A DNA stretch of 64,000 nucleotides. It comes from Camelus ferus (Eukaryota). The stretch is taken from NCBI RefSeq assembly GCF_009834535.1, contig NC_045697.1, forward strand, positions 12,712,001-12,776,000, read 5' to 3'. A program made the position numbers and the translations under genes. The notes beneath the pieces are model-generated. The model saw nothing but the letters and a program-made list of their open reading frames with translations. It had not been told where the DNA came from and did no database searches. Shown piece by piece: positions 50,951 through 63,820 of this stretch (position 1 is the first letter of the stretch; every line of letters begins with the position of its first letter).

Positions 50951-51639
50951 CAATCCCACGGCCTTCCCTTCATCAGTGCCCCAGTCCAAACAATTAAGCT
51001 TTTTCATTTTTTTCTGGAAAAATTATTTGAGTACTTTCTTACTTGTAATGCCCATAACTTGTTTCTGATCATAGTTGTGGCAGTTCTTTTGATTTCTGTT
51101 TTGTTTTGTTTTTCAAAAATGAGGATACCTGTGCTGAAATCTGAATAAATTGAAGACTGAAGACTCCCTCTCCCACTCATTTGTCCTTTTGTCACACTGA
51201 CGTGACAAATGAATAAGTGGAGATGAGTAAAGGCTCTCTTGAAGTCACATGCTGGTGCAATTTCTCAGCAAGTGCTTTGATGAAAAATGAAGAAAAGATT
51301 ACTTTGTTATTTCTCATTATTTTATTCTGTTTCATTTAGGGAGAATTTAGGGCCTAGAGAACCTTATAAAATAATGAGCACAATAGAAAACATTCATTGT
51401 TAATCCATCACCTCTTAGCTCCGTACTCCTTGTTGACAAGGACAGAGTGATGCCTTCACCAGCAGAGTCATGATAAATACCTTCTAAAGGGTCCACTTCT
51501 TTTGTCTTTTCAGCACATAAATGGAAAAACTGTTTTATGTCAACTGAATGGAGTTAGTTCCATTTCTACCATACGTCTTTGTATTCTTTCTTGTTCTTTT
51601 CACTCCTCTAAAATTTCCATTCCTTGAATGTTTCATAAT

Positions 51640-51778
51640 TTATACACATATGCATATAAAATATATCTGTATATATGCATGCATATGTGTTTATATGTAT
51701 ACACATACATGCAATACATATATATGCATATGTACATATATACACATATGGACAGGTGTGTGTGTGTGTATGTATATC
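51640..51778. repeat. Degenerate alternating purine-pyrimidine (TA/CA/TG) tract
   Basis: 'tatacacatatgcatata...gtgtgtgtgtgtatgtata'. Confidence 0.85.
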
Positions 51779-52414
51779 CTAAGAATCACTCTTCAGTATA
51801 ATTCAGGGCCTCATACACAATTCTAGAATTTTAGATATGGCAGGGATGATTGGTAGCTGGCATTTTTTCTTAAATATCCTTAACTATCCTTTTATAAATA
51901 TTCTTTTCAGAATTTTCTCTAAAATAACCCACTGGTAGGTGTGAACCCTGCTTTATCCCCAGCCGTCACTGCAAATGACTGTTAATGGAGTGCCATGGAA
52001 CTGCATTCTTAGTATCTCCTTGTTCGGAGAAGTGTGATATATTGGATCCAAACTATCCACAGAAGGATGCAGGGTAGACCTAGACATTTCCTGAGCTAGA
52101 GGGACACTTAGAGTCTCTCTGTTTAACTTCACTTCAGTTCAGAGGAGGAAATAAGAGACACCGGAGACTCTCAAGGGTGTAGCCAATGTACGATGTGCTG
52201 AGCTCCAGAGTCCTAAACCACTGCCTTTTCTTTTTAGAGCTTTTTTTTCCCCTGTAATTTTGCTTATGGTAGAAATGAAGAACACTTTCTACAATGAAAA
52301 TATCTGCAGCTGATTACAACTGCCAATATGGATATTTTAATCAATTCTTATCCTAAATGTCATAAAACATATGCTTTAGAAGCAAGATTAGCTTATGAGT
52401 TATGAGAGCTGTGG

Positions 52415-52925
52415 CCATTCATTCATCCATCTAACCACCCATCCAATAACACTGATCATTCACCTTGAGTACAGATCTGTGCTAGGCTTGAGAACGAACA
52501 TAATGATGAAGACCTAATCCATGCTCTGAAGGTGTTTACAGCTTCCCGGAGGCTAAAAGACAACCATTGAATGGGCTGTCACTCAAGGTAATGTACAGTC
52601 AGTGTCTTGAGAGAAGCATCATAAAATTGCCATTGGGGTATGAAGAAGGAAATGCTACTTCTAGGTAGGGCTCAGCCTGAAGTGAACAGGATGCCTTGAA
52701 CCCAGCTGTAAATGGGGAAGACAGTTAATTCTGAGAACAAATTGGATAATCATACAGAGATGGGGTGAATAAGAAAGTGAGGAATGTTGGAATGTTTCAT
52801 GCATGAAGGAAGTCATTAGAGGTACAGCTGGAGAACTAGTATGGAATTTGATCTTGAAGGGTATTGAATGCCAGGGCAGAGGTTTTGATTATAAGGCATT
52901 GGGGGAATCACTGAATGTTCCATGC
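52415..52925 (-). mobile_element. L2 fragment
   Basis: 'cattcattcatccatc...tgtgctaggc...gatcttgaagggtattgaatgccagggcagaggttttg...ggcattgggggaatcactgaa'. Confidence 0.7.
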
Positions 52926-53489
52926 TCAATAGCTTGGGGAGGAAAATGAATCAATGAAAACCACTCTCCAAAGGAAAAAAGTGTCATTTTATGAGCTGAG
53001 GGAGTGGGAATTTTAAATAAAAGGTGGCAAACAAAGACTTTGAATAAGATTGGTGTGATGAAAACACAAACATACATACACACACAAACATTAGGGTAAG
53101 CGACTAGAATGTGACATTTGAGAATAAAGTTAACTGAGTGACTGTAGTGGAAGCCAGGTTGAGTTCAGTCAGGTTGTGTGAAACAGACTAAATGTTGTAG
53201 ATGCAGATGTCTTGATGAATATTTTAAGTAATTTGCCAGCATCTACCATGGTGCCCACCACACTGTAAGCACTCAGTTAATATATGTGGAATGAGTCAGT
53301 GAGAGATGCATAAACCTTGGTAAGCCACACAGTTTCTCTCAGTGGAGTTAGTTTGAGCTGCACTTACTCGATACATAGACCCAGCCGTCTGGTTCATCAG
53401 GAAATCACAAATCTCCGTGTCTGACAATTTGAAAATGTACATCTAAGTTTGAAAATATTTATAGAAATTATAGGAGATTAATATGGGAA

Positions 53490-54115
53490 GGATAAAAGAG
53501 TCAGACTACCTGAGTTTTAATATTTTCTCTACCTTAGGCAAGTTCTTTAGCCTCTCTGTGCCTTAGTTTCCTCCATAGAATGGAGGTAAGAAAGTAGGTA
53601 GCTCATAGCCATGTAATGAGAACTGTGCACTAGTGAATGTGAAATGCTTAGCAGAGTCTCTGATAGATGGCACACATGATATTAATGTTTGCACATTATC
53701 ATTATTATTATGCAAGAATGTACTTTTTAGAATGTGCACAATCCCTTGTATTCCACCTTAAAATTTATGAACTATATTCCAATACAATTTCTTAATTTAT
53801 TCCTTCACCCCCATTCCATTCATTCCACATGGTCAGTGAGGAAACTTAGAATCTGTCAGGTTAATTGACCTGCTTAAGATGGAACTGAGTCTTGAAGCTA
53901 GATCTTCTAGTGATGGTTATTAATTCCTGAAAGGTCGTTGTGGACCAGGCATTGTTTTAAGAACTTTGTCAAAATAATCTCATTTAATTATTATTAAGCA
54001 TGAGGAGGATCAGAGAGGTTCAATGCTTTACTTAAAGTCACATTGCTAGTAAGTCATGGGGGAGAATTTGTCAGGTCTCATGTCTTCAAAGCCTGTGCTC
54101 TTAGTTCTCAAACCA
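53490..54115. mobile_element. MIR remnants: plus at about 53490-53710, minus at about 53830-54115
   Basis: 'ccttaggcaagttctttagcctctctgtgccttagtttcctc'; antisense 'gaggaaacttaga', 'cttaaagtcacattgctagtaagt'. Confidence 0.75.
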
Positions 54116-54157
54116 GATGTGTCCTAATGTGAAGTGGGAGGAAGACAGTGATGACTT

Positions 54158-54570
54158 TGTGAGGGAAAAGCTGGGCTGGGCTAACAAGATAACTCACAGG
54201 TCTAAGTATTGGAATACTGATCTGAGTTCTGCTGGACTAACTTGTAAATGTAAGTTAATTAGTGTTGCTTTGCTGTTCATGTTTTTTGCTAGCCAGCTGG
54301 ATTTTCGAAGATACATATCTGGCTTTGGAATGTTGGTTTGCTGCCTCCCCGCCTCCACTTTTGTGATGATAATGCTGCTAAAGCTGTTCCATGCCTATTG
54401 GCCGAATACCCCAAGCTTGTACTTTACCCTATAAAACCTCATGTGCACGTCTTGGAGGTGCTCAGAGCTTCGGAGCAGAAGCCCCTCTGAGCCCGCCGGC
54501 GTAATACATCTGAGTATTCCAACCCTCCGAGTGGTGCTTGTTTCTTGACTGGCCTGTCGTTTCCGTAACA
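54158..54570 (+). mobile_element. Young ERV1-type solo LTR (413 bp) with intact TSD
   Basis: Imperfect inverted ends TGTGAGGGAAA...TTTCCGTAACA; perfect TSD ACTT (54154-54157, 54571-54574); ATTGG 54397, TATAAAA 54430, AATACA 54503; CpGs retained. Confidence 0.85.
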
Positions 54571-55679
54571 ACTTGATTCTGGGGAAGAAAGGCATCTCTA
54601 AGTGTGCTCAGTGGACCAAGTCTTCTCAGCCTCCCTGGGGTCTTGGTTCAGCGTCCCCGCTGGGTGCAGATGCCTTTTGAGTTCTGGCATGCCAGAGCTA
54701 AGTTTTTCCTCTACCTTCATTTCTGAGGCCCATCTCTTTGACTCCCCTGGCTGGGCTCTGCCTGGGCTCTGCTTGGGCTCTGAGTAAACAACCACAGCCA
54801 TAAACCTTTCACGTAGGTGCAGAGAAGAGCTGTTTTTCATCAGGTCATTGTAGGCAGCCTGGGCTGCCAACTTCCCATCAAAGCCTCATAAACTCTTTTA
54901 CGAGGCCCATAAAATGCTGCCTACTCCTGTTAGGGGAGAGGAGGACAGCCATCAGACCCAAATCATGCTGGTTTCAATTGCTTCATTTCCATACATCAGA
55001 CTCCTTGGAATACCAAAGGCAGACCACAGCCAGATAATAAAGTTTTCGTTGTGTTCCTGGGGTGTTCCTTTACCAGGCCTCCCAGGACCTGTGATGCACA
55101 GTAGTGCTTGATTACCCTGGAGAGCAATTCTGGGTGGTAGAGTTAGCAGCAAGGATGGTAGGGAGCCATGTCTCCCATTCAAGGCTGGCGGAGTGTTGGC
55201 TGCTGAGTGGGTTCTATTTTCTCTGCAGGGACGTTTAGAGAGAACGTTTCCCGACAATATCTCATGGCTGCTCCACTGCAGTTGGACATGGAGTCTGCCC
55301 TTATTTGTATCTGTGTTCCTGGCATGGACTGTGGTTGCCAACAAAAAGATAACCACCTTGTTAATTAGGTTCATGGAGCTGCCAGCCTCCAAATTTTTCT
55401 TATCTAACTTCCCACATCATGCTTCATCTTCTCTGCTTTGTCACGAAAAACCAGTCAATTTTAGATTTAGGAATAGGAATATAGTCAGAAGGCAATTGGC
55501 AGGTAATCTAATTCTCCAATTAGTAGCTATTTTCATCTCACTCTATGGTAAGCTCCCTCAGGGACAGGTGTTACTTTTGTTTTTTTAAATTATTATTTAT
55601 ATTCAAGTGTCTAGTCTTGTGCCTGGTGTATATACAGAGAAAGTAGAAAGCTGTTCAATAAATGAATCACTATTATTGC

Positions 55680-55990
55680 ATATATCAGTCAGCATATGCT
55701 AAGTTATGCTGTGGTAACAAACACAGCACTGAAGATTTATGTATTATAGTTGCTGTAAGTCTGTCTCAATTTGGTTGTTCCATGCCATCTTCACTCTGAG
55801 ATCCACACGAATGGAGCAGTTTTTATTTGGAATATTCCTAAGCTCTTGGCAGAAGAAAAAGAGGACAGTGATATAACCACATACCAGTTTGAAAGTTTCT
55901 ACTTGACACCGTATTTCTATTCACATTTTATTGGCCAACTCAGATGAAGACCAGGTCTGACTTTAAGGAGCTGAAAAATTAAAATTGTCC
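55680..55990 (-). mobile_element. Old MLT1K/L-like MaLR LTR
   Basis: 'tatatcagtcagcatatgctaagttatgctgtggtaacaaac...ttcacattttattggccaa'. Confidence 0.65.
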
Positions 55991-56834
55991 CCCACATGAT
56001 CCCTTTCTTAATCTCCTTTATTTTTTTGTCAGAGCTTAATATTTACTTACAGTGATGCCCCTAAGATATAACTTAGGGAACACAATATTTAATTGTAATT
56101 TTAAACAGGCACAACTAATCTGAAACCTTGAACAGCAGATATATGTTTTGTGCTCGTATAATCTTATACATCTACAGTTCTGTATAAAAAGAATCTCAGA
56201 ACAGTGATGCCACTAGCACCAGAATGATCGTCAATCATTAAAGACAACTTCTGTTATTGCCATCAGCTTATAGTTACTAAAGCAAAGAAAAACTTGATAC
56301 ATTTTATGAAGATTTTCAACAAAAAGTAATTGAAATAAAGAAATGCAAAAAGGTTTTCTGTTGAAGCCACTTTTCAATTCCTGCAGGAATATAGGGAGGC
56401 ATAAGAACATTACATTCAGGAGTGGTTTTATCCTATTTCTTATATTATTCCATGCAAGAAACCATTCCTCCAAGTAAATGACCTGCAATAATATTATAAC
56501 TGAGGTTGAAAGAGTTGGCTAATAGTTTAGAAAGGGAGAAAATAAAAATGAAATTAAAAATGAAGTCCTTAGCAATAAAAAAAAAAGAAATATTCTGAGA
56601 AGCCCGCACTTCAAGTCAATTTTAAGGACTGGGGAGGAGAGAGAGAAATTAACATTGACTGATTTAATGTCTGCAAAACATTGTACTGCGTGCTTTTTAT
56701 ATATGGGATTTTGTAATAAATGACAGTGTAAGAGTTACCTCCTATGAGAAATCTCTTCCTTTACCGTTCAAAATCAGATAATGTTTAAATATAGTAACAG
56801 CTAATATATGTTGGACACTTAATATGTGCTAGAT

Positions 56835-57057
56835 CAGTGGTTCTCAATCACTGTGTGATTTTGTTCCCAGGAGACATTTGGCAATGTCTGGAATCTTTTA
56901 TCTTTGTCACATCTGGTGGGGGAGGATGGAAAGGATTGTGCTGGTGGATTGAGGCCAGGGCTGCTATAAACATCCTACAATACACAGGATGGCCCCCAGT
57001 GCAAAGGGTTGTCTGGCCCATGGTGTCAACCTCCAGTGCTGAGACTGAAAAATCCTG
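56835..57057 (+). mobile_element. MER20 hAT-Charlie MITE inserted in an antisense MIR (about 56790-57290)
   Basis: CAGTGGTTCTCAA...TGAAAAATCCTG ends; 'ccaggagacatttggcaatgtctgga', 'gaggccagggctgctataaacatcctacaatacacagga'; 8-bp TSD tgctagat/tgctaaaa (6 of 8 match). Confidence 0.9.
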
Positions 57058-57775
57058 TGCTAAAATTCTAAGGGTTTACATAAACAAATATTAGATAGCT
57101 AATTTAATTAATGAATTTAATCCTCACAATCATTTTGTGATTATATAGTATTGGTATTTACCTTCTATGGACAAGAAAACTGAGGCAAAGTTTATTGTGT
57201 AATTTACCCAAGATTATATCACTAGTGAGAGTCAGGCCCTATGTTGGAAGACAGGCAGTCAGGCTCCAGCCTGCACATTCATAAGCACTAACCCCTGCAC
57301 CTTCCCACTGTCCTGTAAGATTGTGAGAGTAGAAATTCTGTATATACACCACTATTTTCCACCAAACCTTTAGTACGATGGCCACAGTAGTGTTTGTAAA
57401 GTAATTGTTGGGTGAGAGAATGGAATAGAGTCCACTCTCAGTTTACCAAGTAGGTACTAGTTAGTTAAAAAAGTTGTTCCCAATTTTCAATCATAAAGAA
57501 GTTTTTATATTCTTCTATAGGTTGTATTAGAAACTTAGGGGATTCTAGTGAAATGCATGAGACTTATGTTTCAGTTATTCTGCACGTGCTAGATAAAAAA
57601 AATTGCTTTCACCAAACTTTAATTGTGAGTAAAGCCTAAGGACATCCCCAAATCTAGTTATCCCAGATTAGGAACTGCTGAGAGATGACAATACATATTC
57701 CACTGGTTGGATAGCCACACAGGAAAAAGGGAAACAAAGTAAAACAAATCAAAACACCTTTTCATTCCTCTAGAC

Positions 57776-57985
57776 CTGGAGTTGAACATTATAGTCCACA
57801 GGCCAAATCTCTCCTGCTCCAGGTTTTGATAAATAAAGTTTTATTGGAACAGAGCCATGCTCATTTGGTTATGTGTTGTCTGCGGTTGCTTTCACAGAAC
57901 AGGCACAGAGTTGAGTAGTCACGATGAAGACCATGTGGCCTTACTTACTATTTGGACATTTTCAGAAGATGTTTGCTAACCTATG
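57776..57985 (-). mobile_element. MER58A-like MITE
   Basis: 'ccacaggccaaatc...taaataaagttttattggaacagagccatgctcatttg...gcacagagttgagtag...gtttgctaacc'. Confidence 0.85.
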
Positions 57986-58569
57986 CACAGAACATAGATG
58001 CCGATACTTGAAAAATATTTTTTGGTCAATTACATGGTACAGTATTAATTTTTTTCCAGGAGTAATATCCAGACCTATTCTGTTGGCTTTGGAAAGTATA
58101 AAGAACCTGGCAGTTGAGCTCTTGTTTTCGTAGAGATTATCGGAATGACTGTGGCTTGTGGCCGGATAAGTCAGTGCACCTGCTGTACTGAATAAGTAGA
58201 AAGCTTTTGGGAAGCACAATAATGTGGCTCTATACTTGTATCCATAAATGAAAAGGCTTAAAAAATTCTAGGAGGTTTAATTTCTGCCAGAGTTCCTGTG
58301 ACAAATAAACCAGTATGTTTTTAAAGCAGCATGTAAACAAATCTAAAAGAGATCTATAATTAGTTGTTACTGCATATGGATTTTAGTAAAAATTAGATGA
58401 AATGCATCAAGGTGACCAAGAGTTCATTGCTAGTGTTTGTCTGCAAAGCAACATTTCTGTTCTTAAGGTTTTAGACAGTTTTTAATAGAATACAATATAA
58501 ATCCCTTGACTTAGCCATAATGGCTTTTTCTATGGTATTGAATACGGAAAACTAATGGACAGAGAGGCC

Positions 58570-59030
58570 ATTTTTACAACTTTGCATTGAAGTACAACAT
58601 ATTACAGAAAAATGCACATATCGTATGTCCAGTTCAATGTATTCTCACAAATTAAACACATCTGTGTCAACAGCACTTAGATCAAGGGGTGGAGAGCCAC
58701 CAGAAGCCCCCTCATGCCCATTTTAGGTTAAAACTCACCTCAAGGGTAAACTTTACCCTCACTTCTAACAAATACACCGGTTTTGCCTGCTTTTAGTTAC
58801 TCTTCTGTGTCTTTTTGCTCAGCTTTATGTCTGTGATTCATCCATGTTTTTGTGTTGTGTGATTTGTTCCTCCTTGTAGCTGCAAAGGTATTCTATTGGG
58901 TGAGTATCTAAGTTTTATTTATTCTACTGCTGAAGTGCATTTGTGCAGTTTCCAGATTGAGGCTATTACAAATAGTGTTCCAATGGACATTCTATTACCT
59001 GCTTTTATTGAACATATATGTAGATAGATA
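58570..59030 (-). mobile_element. Old L1M 3' fragment
   Basis: 'ttgaagtacaacatattacagaaaaatgcacata...tctcacaaattaaacacatctgtg...agtttccagattgaggctattacaaatagtg'. Confidence 0.75.
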
Positions 59031-61589
59031 CACATTTCTCATCCCTTTTGCACAGTGGAATTATTTTGTATATATTTACTAAGCCTGTGTGAAAGGGATT
59101 TTCTTCCTTTAATGTATCATTTCTTGTTTAGAATAAGAGAATAATTCATTTGGAATTATTCTTGATAATGAATTTTAAAAAATCCTTTGTCATAGACTCA
59201 TTAAATCTCACACTTAGAAGAACTGCAGAGTCATCTCCAGGATTAATTTGATGGATGTGTCTCTTCTCTAATATTCTCAACAAAGAGGCAACTATCTTCA
59301 GTTTATTTACCTTTATGATAAAGAAACTCACTTTCTGAAAAGGAAGCTACTTCAATTTTCACAATGCTCAAATATTTAGAAAGTTATTTCTTATATTAAG
59401 CTGAAATCCAGTTTAGTAAACCTTTTGATACTAGATCTACTCTCAATAGTCCTACAGATTTGAGCTTAATTTCTCTTCTGTATGATGATCTTATACATAT
59501 TGAAAGACAGCCATTGTACCTTTCAAAAAAAAGCCATTTTTCTTCTTTTTTTGTATTGGTTAATTGTTTCTATATTCTTCACAATTATATGAAAATTACA
59601 TCAATGTAGTCTAGTCTGTCACCATCTCTTTTAAATATTGATGCCCATTTTAAAAAAGAGAGAGAGAAAGGGAGAGAGACTGGAAAGCTGATGCAAAAAT
59701 AATTAATAAATGTTATTTCTGTAAGCTAGGACAGCAGATAACTTAAATTTTTTTTTTTTTGGTTTATATTTTCCTTAGCACAAATCCAGTGTAGAATAGA
59801 ACACAGCTATTTTCCTTCTTGTACTGAACTAATTTTTCTATGAACATAGGTTAATTATGTCAGTTATTTTTGGCAAACACATTTAATTATCATACCATAC
59901 GTGAGGCATAATCAATGAAACACTTGCGGTGACTTTCGCTTTTTCATTCAATGTTATTAAATATCTACTGACCAAATAGCATGAGTTATCTGAGTCCCTG
60001 TTCTTAAGGCGCATGCAGCTGGTGAAGGAGGTAGATGCGTGTACATCCCAGTATAAAACTATGATAATAGTTGCCACATGGATGACCACAAAGTAGCACA
60101 TAAAACAAGCATGCAACCCATTTCAAAGACTTTCATGGAATACTGAGCCTTGGAGTAAAGTAAAGTAAAGCCCCAGGCCTCCAGAGATTAAAAATAAACA
60201 ATAAACGTACAAAGTGCCCAGAAGGGAGGAGTGTGGATGTGATGGGATCCTGGAAGAGGGTTTGAAAGGTGGGGTGAGTGGAGTTTAGAGAGGAGGCTGA
60301 AGGGTCAACCAAAGATCATATCCTTAAAGGCTTTCTGAAAGGTATCCTGAATTCAGTGGGACATCAGTAAAACATTTAAACACAGAAGTGACACGATCAG
60401 ACTGGCTGTATCCCAAAACTCATTATGCCTGCATGCTACTCCACTGTAAGTCAGTTTTACAGGAGTATATATTTATTCTTAATAATTTCAATTTAGATGG
60501 AAATTTCATCATTGAATAAATATCATTTCTGTAGTCAATATGTAGTTAACTTTAAATGATCTGAGAGAAAACTAATGAAAAAGATATTTTTTTTCCTAAA
60601 CCAGATTTGAAATTTTCACTTTTCCTGGCTCCCTCATAGATGTTAACTTCAGACTTCAAATATTTATTTAATTTCACTGGTGTTGGTGGATTTACTATCT
60701 TTGAAAACCAAGTGTGACATAACTTTATTTCACATTAATAATGCTGTCTGAGCTTGGTTTCTGTGACTCTCGGATACATTTGGAGTATAAAGACGATCTT
60801 CTGGAAGCGGAACAAGATCTTTGCAGCTATGCTTGTGTTAAGCAGTTTCAGTCCAAAAATAATCATGCTCTTATATTACCATAGGGCACTGGTCTTTCTT
60901 TTGTGTTCAGCATTGATTTGGATCTGTAAAATTTAGCATGCCAAGTTCATCATCAAATCCTCGGAACTCACGAGAGAGAATGGAGTTAGAGGTTAGTGTA
61001 CAGAAACAGAACTTTTTATTAATATTGGAAAATAGCCATGCTGATTGAAGGAAGGATGGAAAAGCATTACTGTGTCTCTTTCAGTTTGAAACAACATGCA
61101 ATCTCTTGCTAAGTGCTTTACTCCAAAGACCTGAAAATGTACAGCATTGGGCTGCTTGAAAATCAGCACTAGATGGAAGGAGGAATAATTGAATAATGCC
61201 TTTCCTCCAAAAAATGTCAAGGTCTTTGCCTGAGCAGACTCATTTGCCCACTGCTCTTTGGCATCCATCAAATCCAGCTCTTTAATGTTAGTCAGCATGT
61301 CTAGGTGATAAGCACTGAACTCGTTCTAGCCAATGGCTCTGTGCCTACATTTTCCCATTCGGCTTGGTTGGCCTGGGTTCTGTCAGCAGGCTCTCTGGAG
61401 TGAGTAAAGGGAGAGATTGTGCCCTCACAGAAACTTGTGTTAAAAATTATCTTCCTCTTCCAAACGAGTTCAAGCTACCTGTGCGCTAGGCTGTCAGTGC
61501 TTGAAAAAAGAGAACCTTGGATTACCAAGCTCCTCCCTGCAAAATTCCTGCCTGGTTTGTGCCTTTCTTTTACTGATTCTATTACTCTG

Positions 61590-62061
61590 TGTTATGGGTT
61601 GAATTGTGCACCTTCTCCCCAAATAAAAAAGTGCTGAAGTCCTAACCTTCACCACCTCAGTGCTGAAGTCCAACCCCAACTCCCTCAAGATACGACCTTA
61701 CTTGAAAATAAGTGTTGTTACACATGTGATTAGTTAAGATGAGGTCACACAGGAGTAGGGTGGGCCCACCATCTAATGTGACTGTGTCCTTATAAAAGGG
61801 AGAAGTTTGGATACAGAGATACACACGCAGGGAGAACTCCATGAGAAGATTGGAGTTACACTGTCACGAGCCAAAGAACTACCATAAGCTAAGAGACACC
61901 TGAAGCAGATCCTCCCCTAATGCCTTGAGAGAGGAAGCATGGTCCTGCTGAGGCTTTGACCCCAGACTTCTAGCTTCCAGAACGGTGAGACTGCAAGTTC
62001 TAGTTGTTGCAGACACTCAGTTTGTACTACTTTGTTATGTCAGCCTTTGCAAATGAACATA
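61590..62061 (+). mobile_element. MLT1B/C MaLR solo LTR with 5-bp TSD
   Basis: TGTTATGGGTTGAATTGTG start; 'ttaagatgaggtca', 'gtccttataaaaggg', 'cagacttctagcttccagaacggtgag'; TSD CTCTG (61585-61589, 62062-62066). Confidence 0.9.
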
Positions 62062-63639
62062 CTCTGTTTACTCAACTCTCTCTTGCTCTCTCTTTTTAAA
62101 CTTTGTGTCATGTGCATACCCACTGGGCTAAAGGTAAACTTCACACCTTGGTACCCTGGCCTGGAGAGCAGTCTGGACTTCTCCAGGTTTTTCTGCTTTG
62201 AGTTGTCCTAATACAATCACTTTACTTAGTCCAGATTTGAGACTAACACCCAGGCTCATTGTCAACCAGCTAAGTGGCAGCTGTGCCCAGTTTACCCTGG
62301 ATGCCCTGTGGGAGTAACTGTACACCCTCCACAGTCCAGCAGGAGACCACAGTGGTAGACCCTTTCTCGTACCAGGCTAGACAGACCATGTTAAAAAGGC
62401 TTTTAGCATAGCTATGAAATTACTTCCACCAGCCATACTAGTGCCACAATTCATTTTTATTATATAGGTCCTTTATTCTATCCTTAACTCTGGAAATAAA
62501 ATTTGCCAACTTGGAATGTTAGAATTACTTTAGAAGTGGCTTTAGAGCTATCAAGGTAATTTAAGATGAGGTTAACCATACTTCTATTTAGAAGAAGTCT
62601 AGTAACCAGCTTACAATCTTCCAAAACTTTCTGTGGTGTATTTCATAGACATACTTAAATATTAACCATGTGCAACACATCGTGTGGAATATACAAAAGT
62701 GAATGTTCGACCAGAGAGCTTCTCTATATGTGCAAATTAATAAATGCTTGCTAAGTGAGAGTCCGTTAAGTGGGTTATTAACTCACTCAACAGTGAGTTA
62801 CTTGGAAGTCACCTTGTGTCGGGCACTATGTCGTGCCTTGTAGATACGGTAACGCGTGAGATAAATTAGGGCCTGCTCGCAGGAACTTCCCACCGCAGGA
62901 AGAATCTCCTTTCAATTCTCAAGGACTAGGTCCTCTAGAGGGGAGATGAGATAAATGCAAAAATAACTGTATCAAAATCAGATGTGACTAAAGGGACTTA
63001 AATGGCAGGCAAATTTCTATGAGCAAATAGAAGTGTAAAACAATGCAGTTAAAAATGAAGTTGGACAAGTCACTGAAATATCAGTCCAAACCAAGTGTAA
63101 TAATTGTACCAAATTAGTTCCTTAGACCCGTATTCTGGGCAAACTATAAAATGTCTGTGAGACTACTATTCTGCTATTCCTTTCCACCCCTTAATGCCTT
63201 CCCCTTCCCCCCCATTCCAACTTTGCAATCTCAGGAACATACTTTTCATACAAGAAGCTTAGAACATTTATGATGGCACAGATAACAAACAGAATATTAT
63301 TCGAAAATTTCTGAGGTCATTAGCACTAAAATGCAAATTGTACATTTTTTACTGTGCAGTAGAGGGGTGAGTAGGTCAGCATGGCATGTGCATTTCTTTT
63401 GTTACCAATGGTCAGTGGAAGGGGAAAGGGTGTTAATTTATTTGAGAGAGTCTGCTCCAGACTGCTCTACCAGCATGTGCTAGTATAATTAAAATTACTA
63501 GTTGTAATTACTGTAGAAGAAGAGTCAGTTTGGAGAAAACATTCTAAAATGGAAAAAAATCTATTTTTGAGATTTTAATTTCTCTTTGTCAGTGGGGATA
63601 ATTACCACTAATGATTCATCTCACCAGGGATGATGAATG

Positions 63640-63820
63640 GAGGTAAGAACCAAGCAGGGAGCCTGGATGCTTGGGTTCTAGTTTTGGTTGTGCCATATAA
63701 TCTATGTCATTATGGATTAAAATGAGTTCTCTCTCTGAGCTTTATTATCATCATCTGTGGAATCATGTGCATTGGCCTGGATGGTCATTAAGTTTCCTTT
63801 CAACAGTGAGATTCCATCTT
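63640..63820 (+). mobile_element. MIR/MIR3 remnant
   Basis: 'cttgggttctagttttggttgtgcca...ctctctctgagc...catcatctgtggaat...tggatggtcattaagtttccttcaac'. Confidence 0.6.

Noticed and set aside
54952..55588. Overlapping 146-aa and 131-aa antiparallel ORFs
   Set aside because: No recognisable homology or exon structure; the + ORF starts at a non-ATG codon and runs into an L2 remnant
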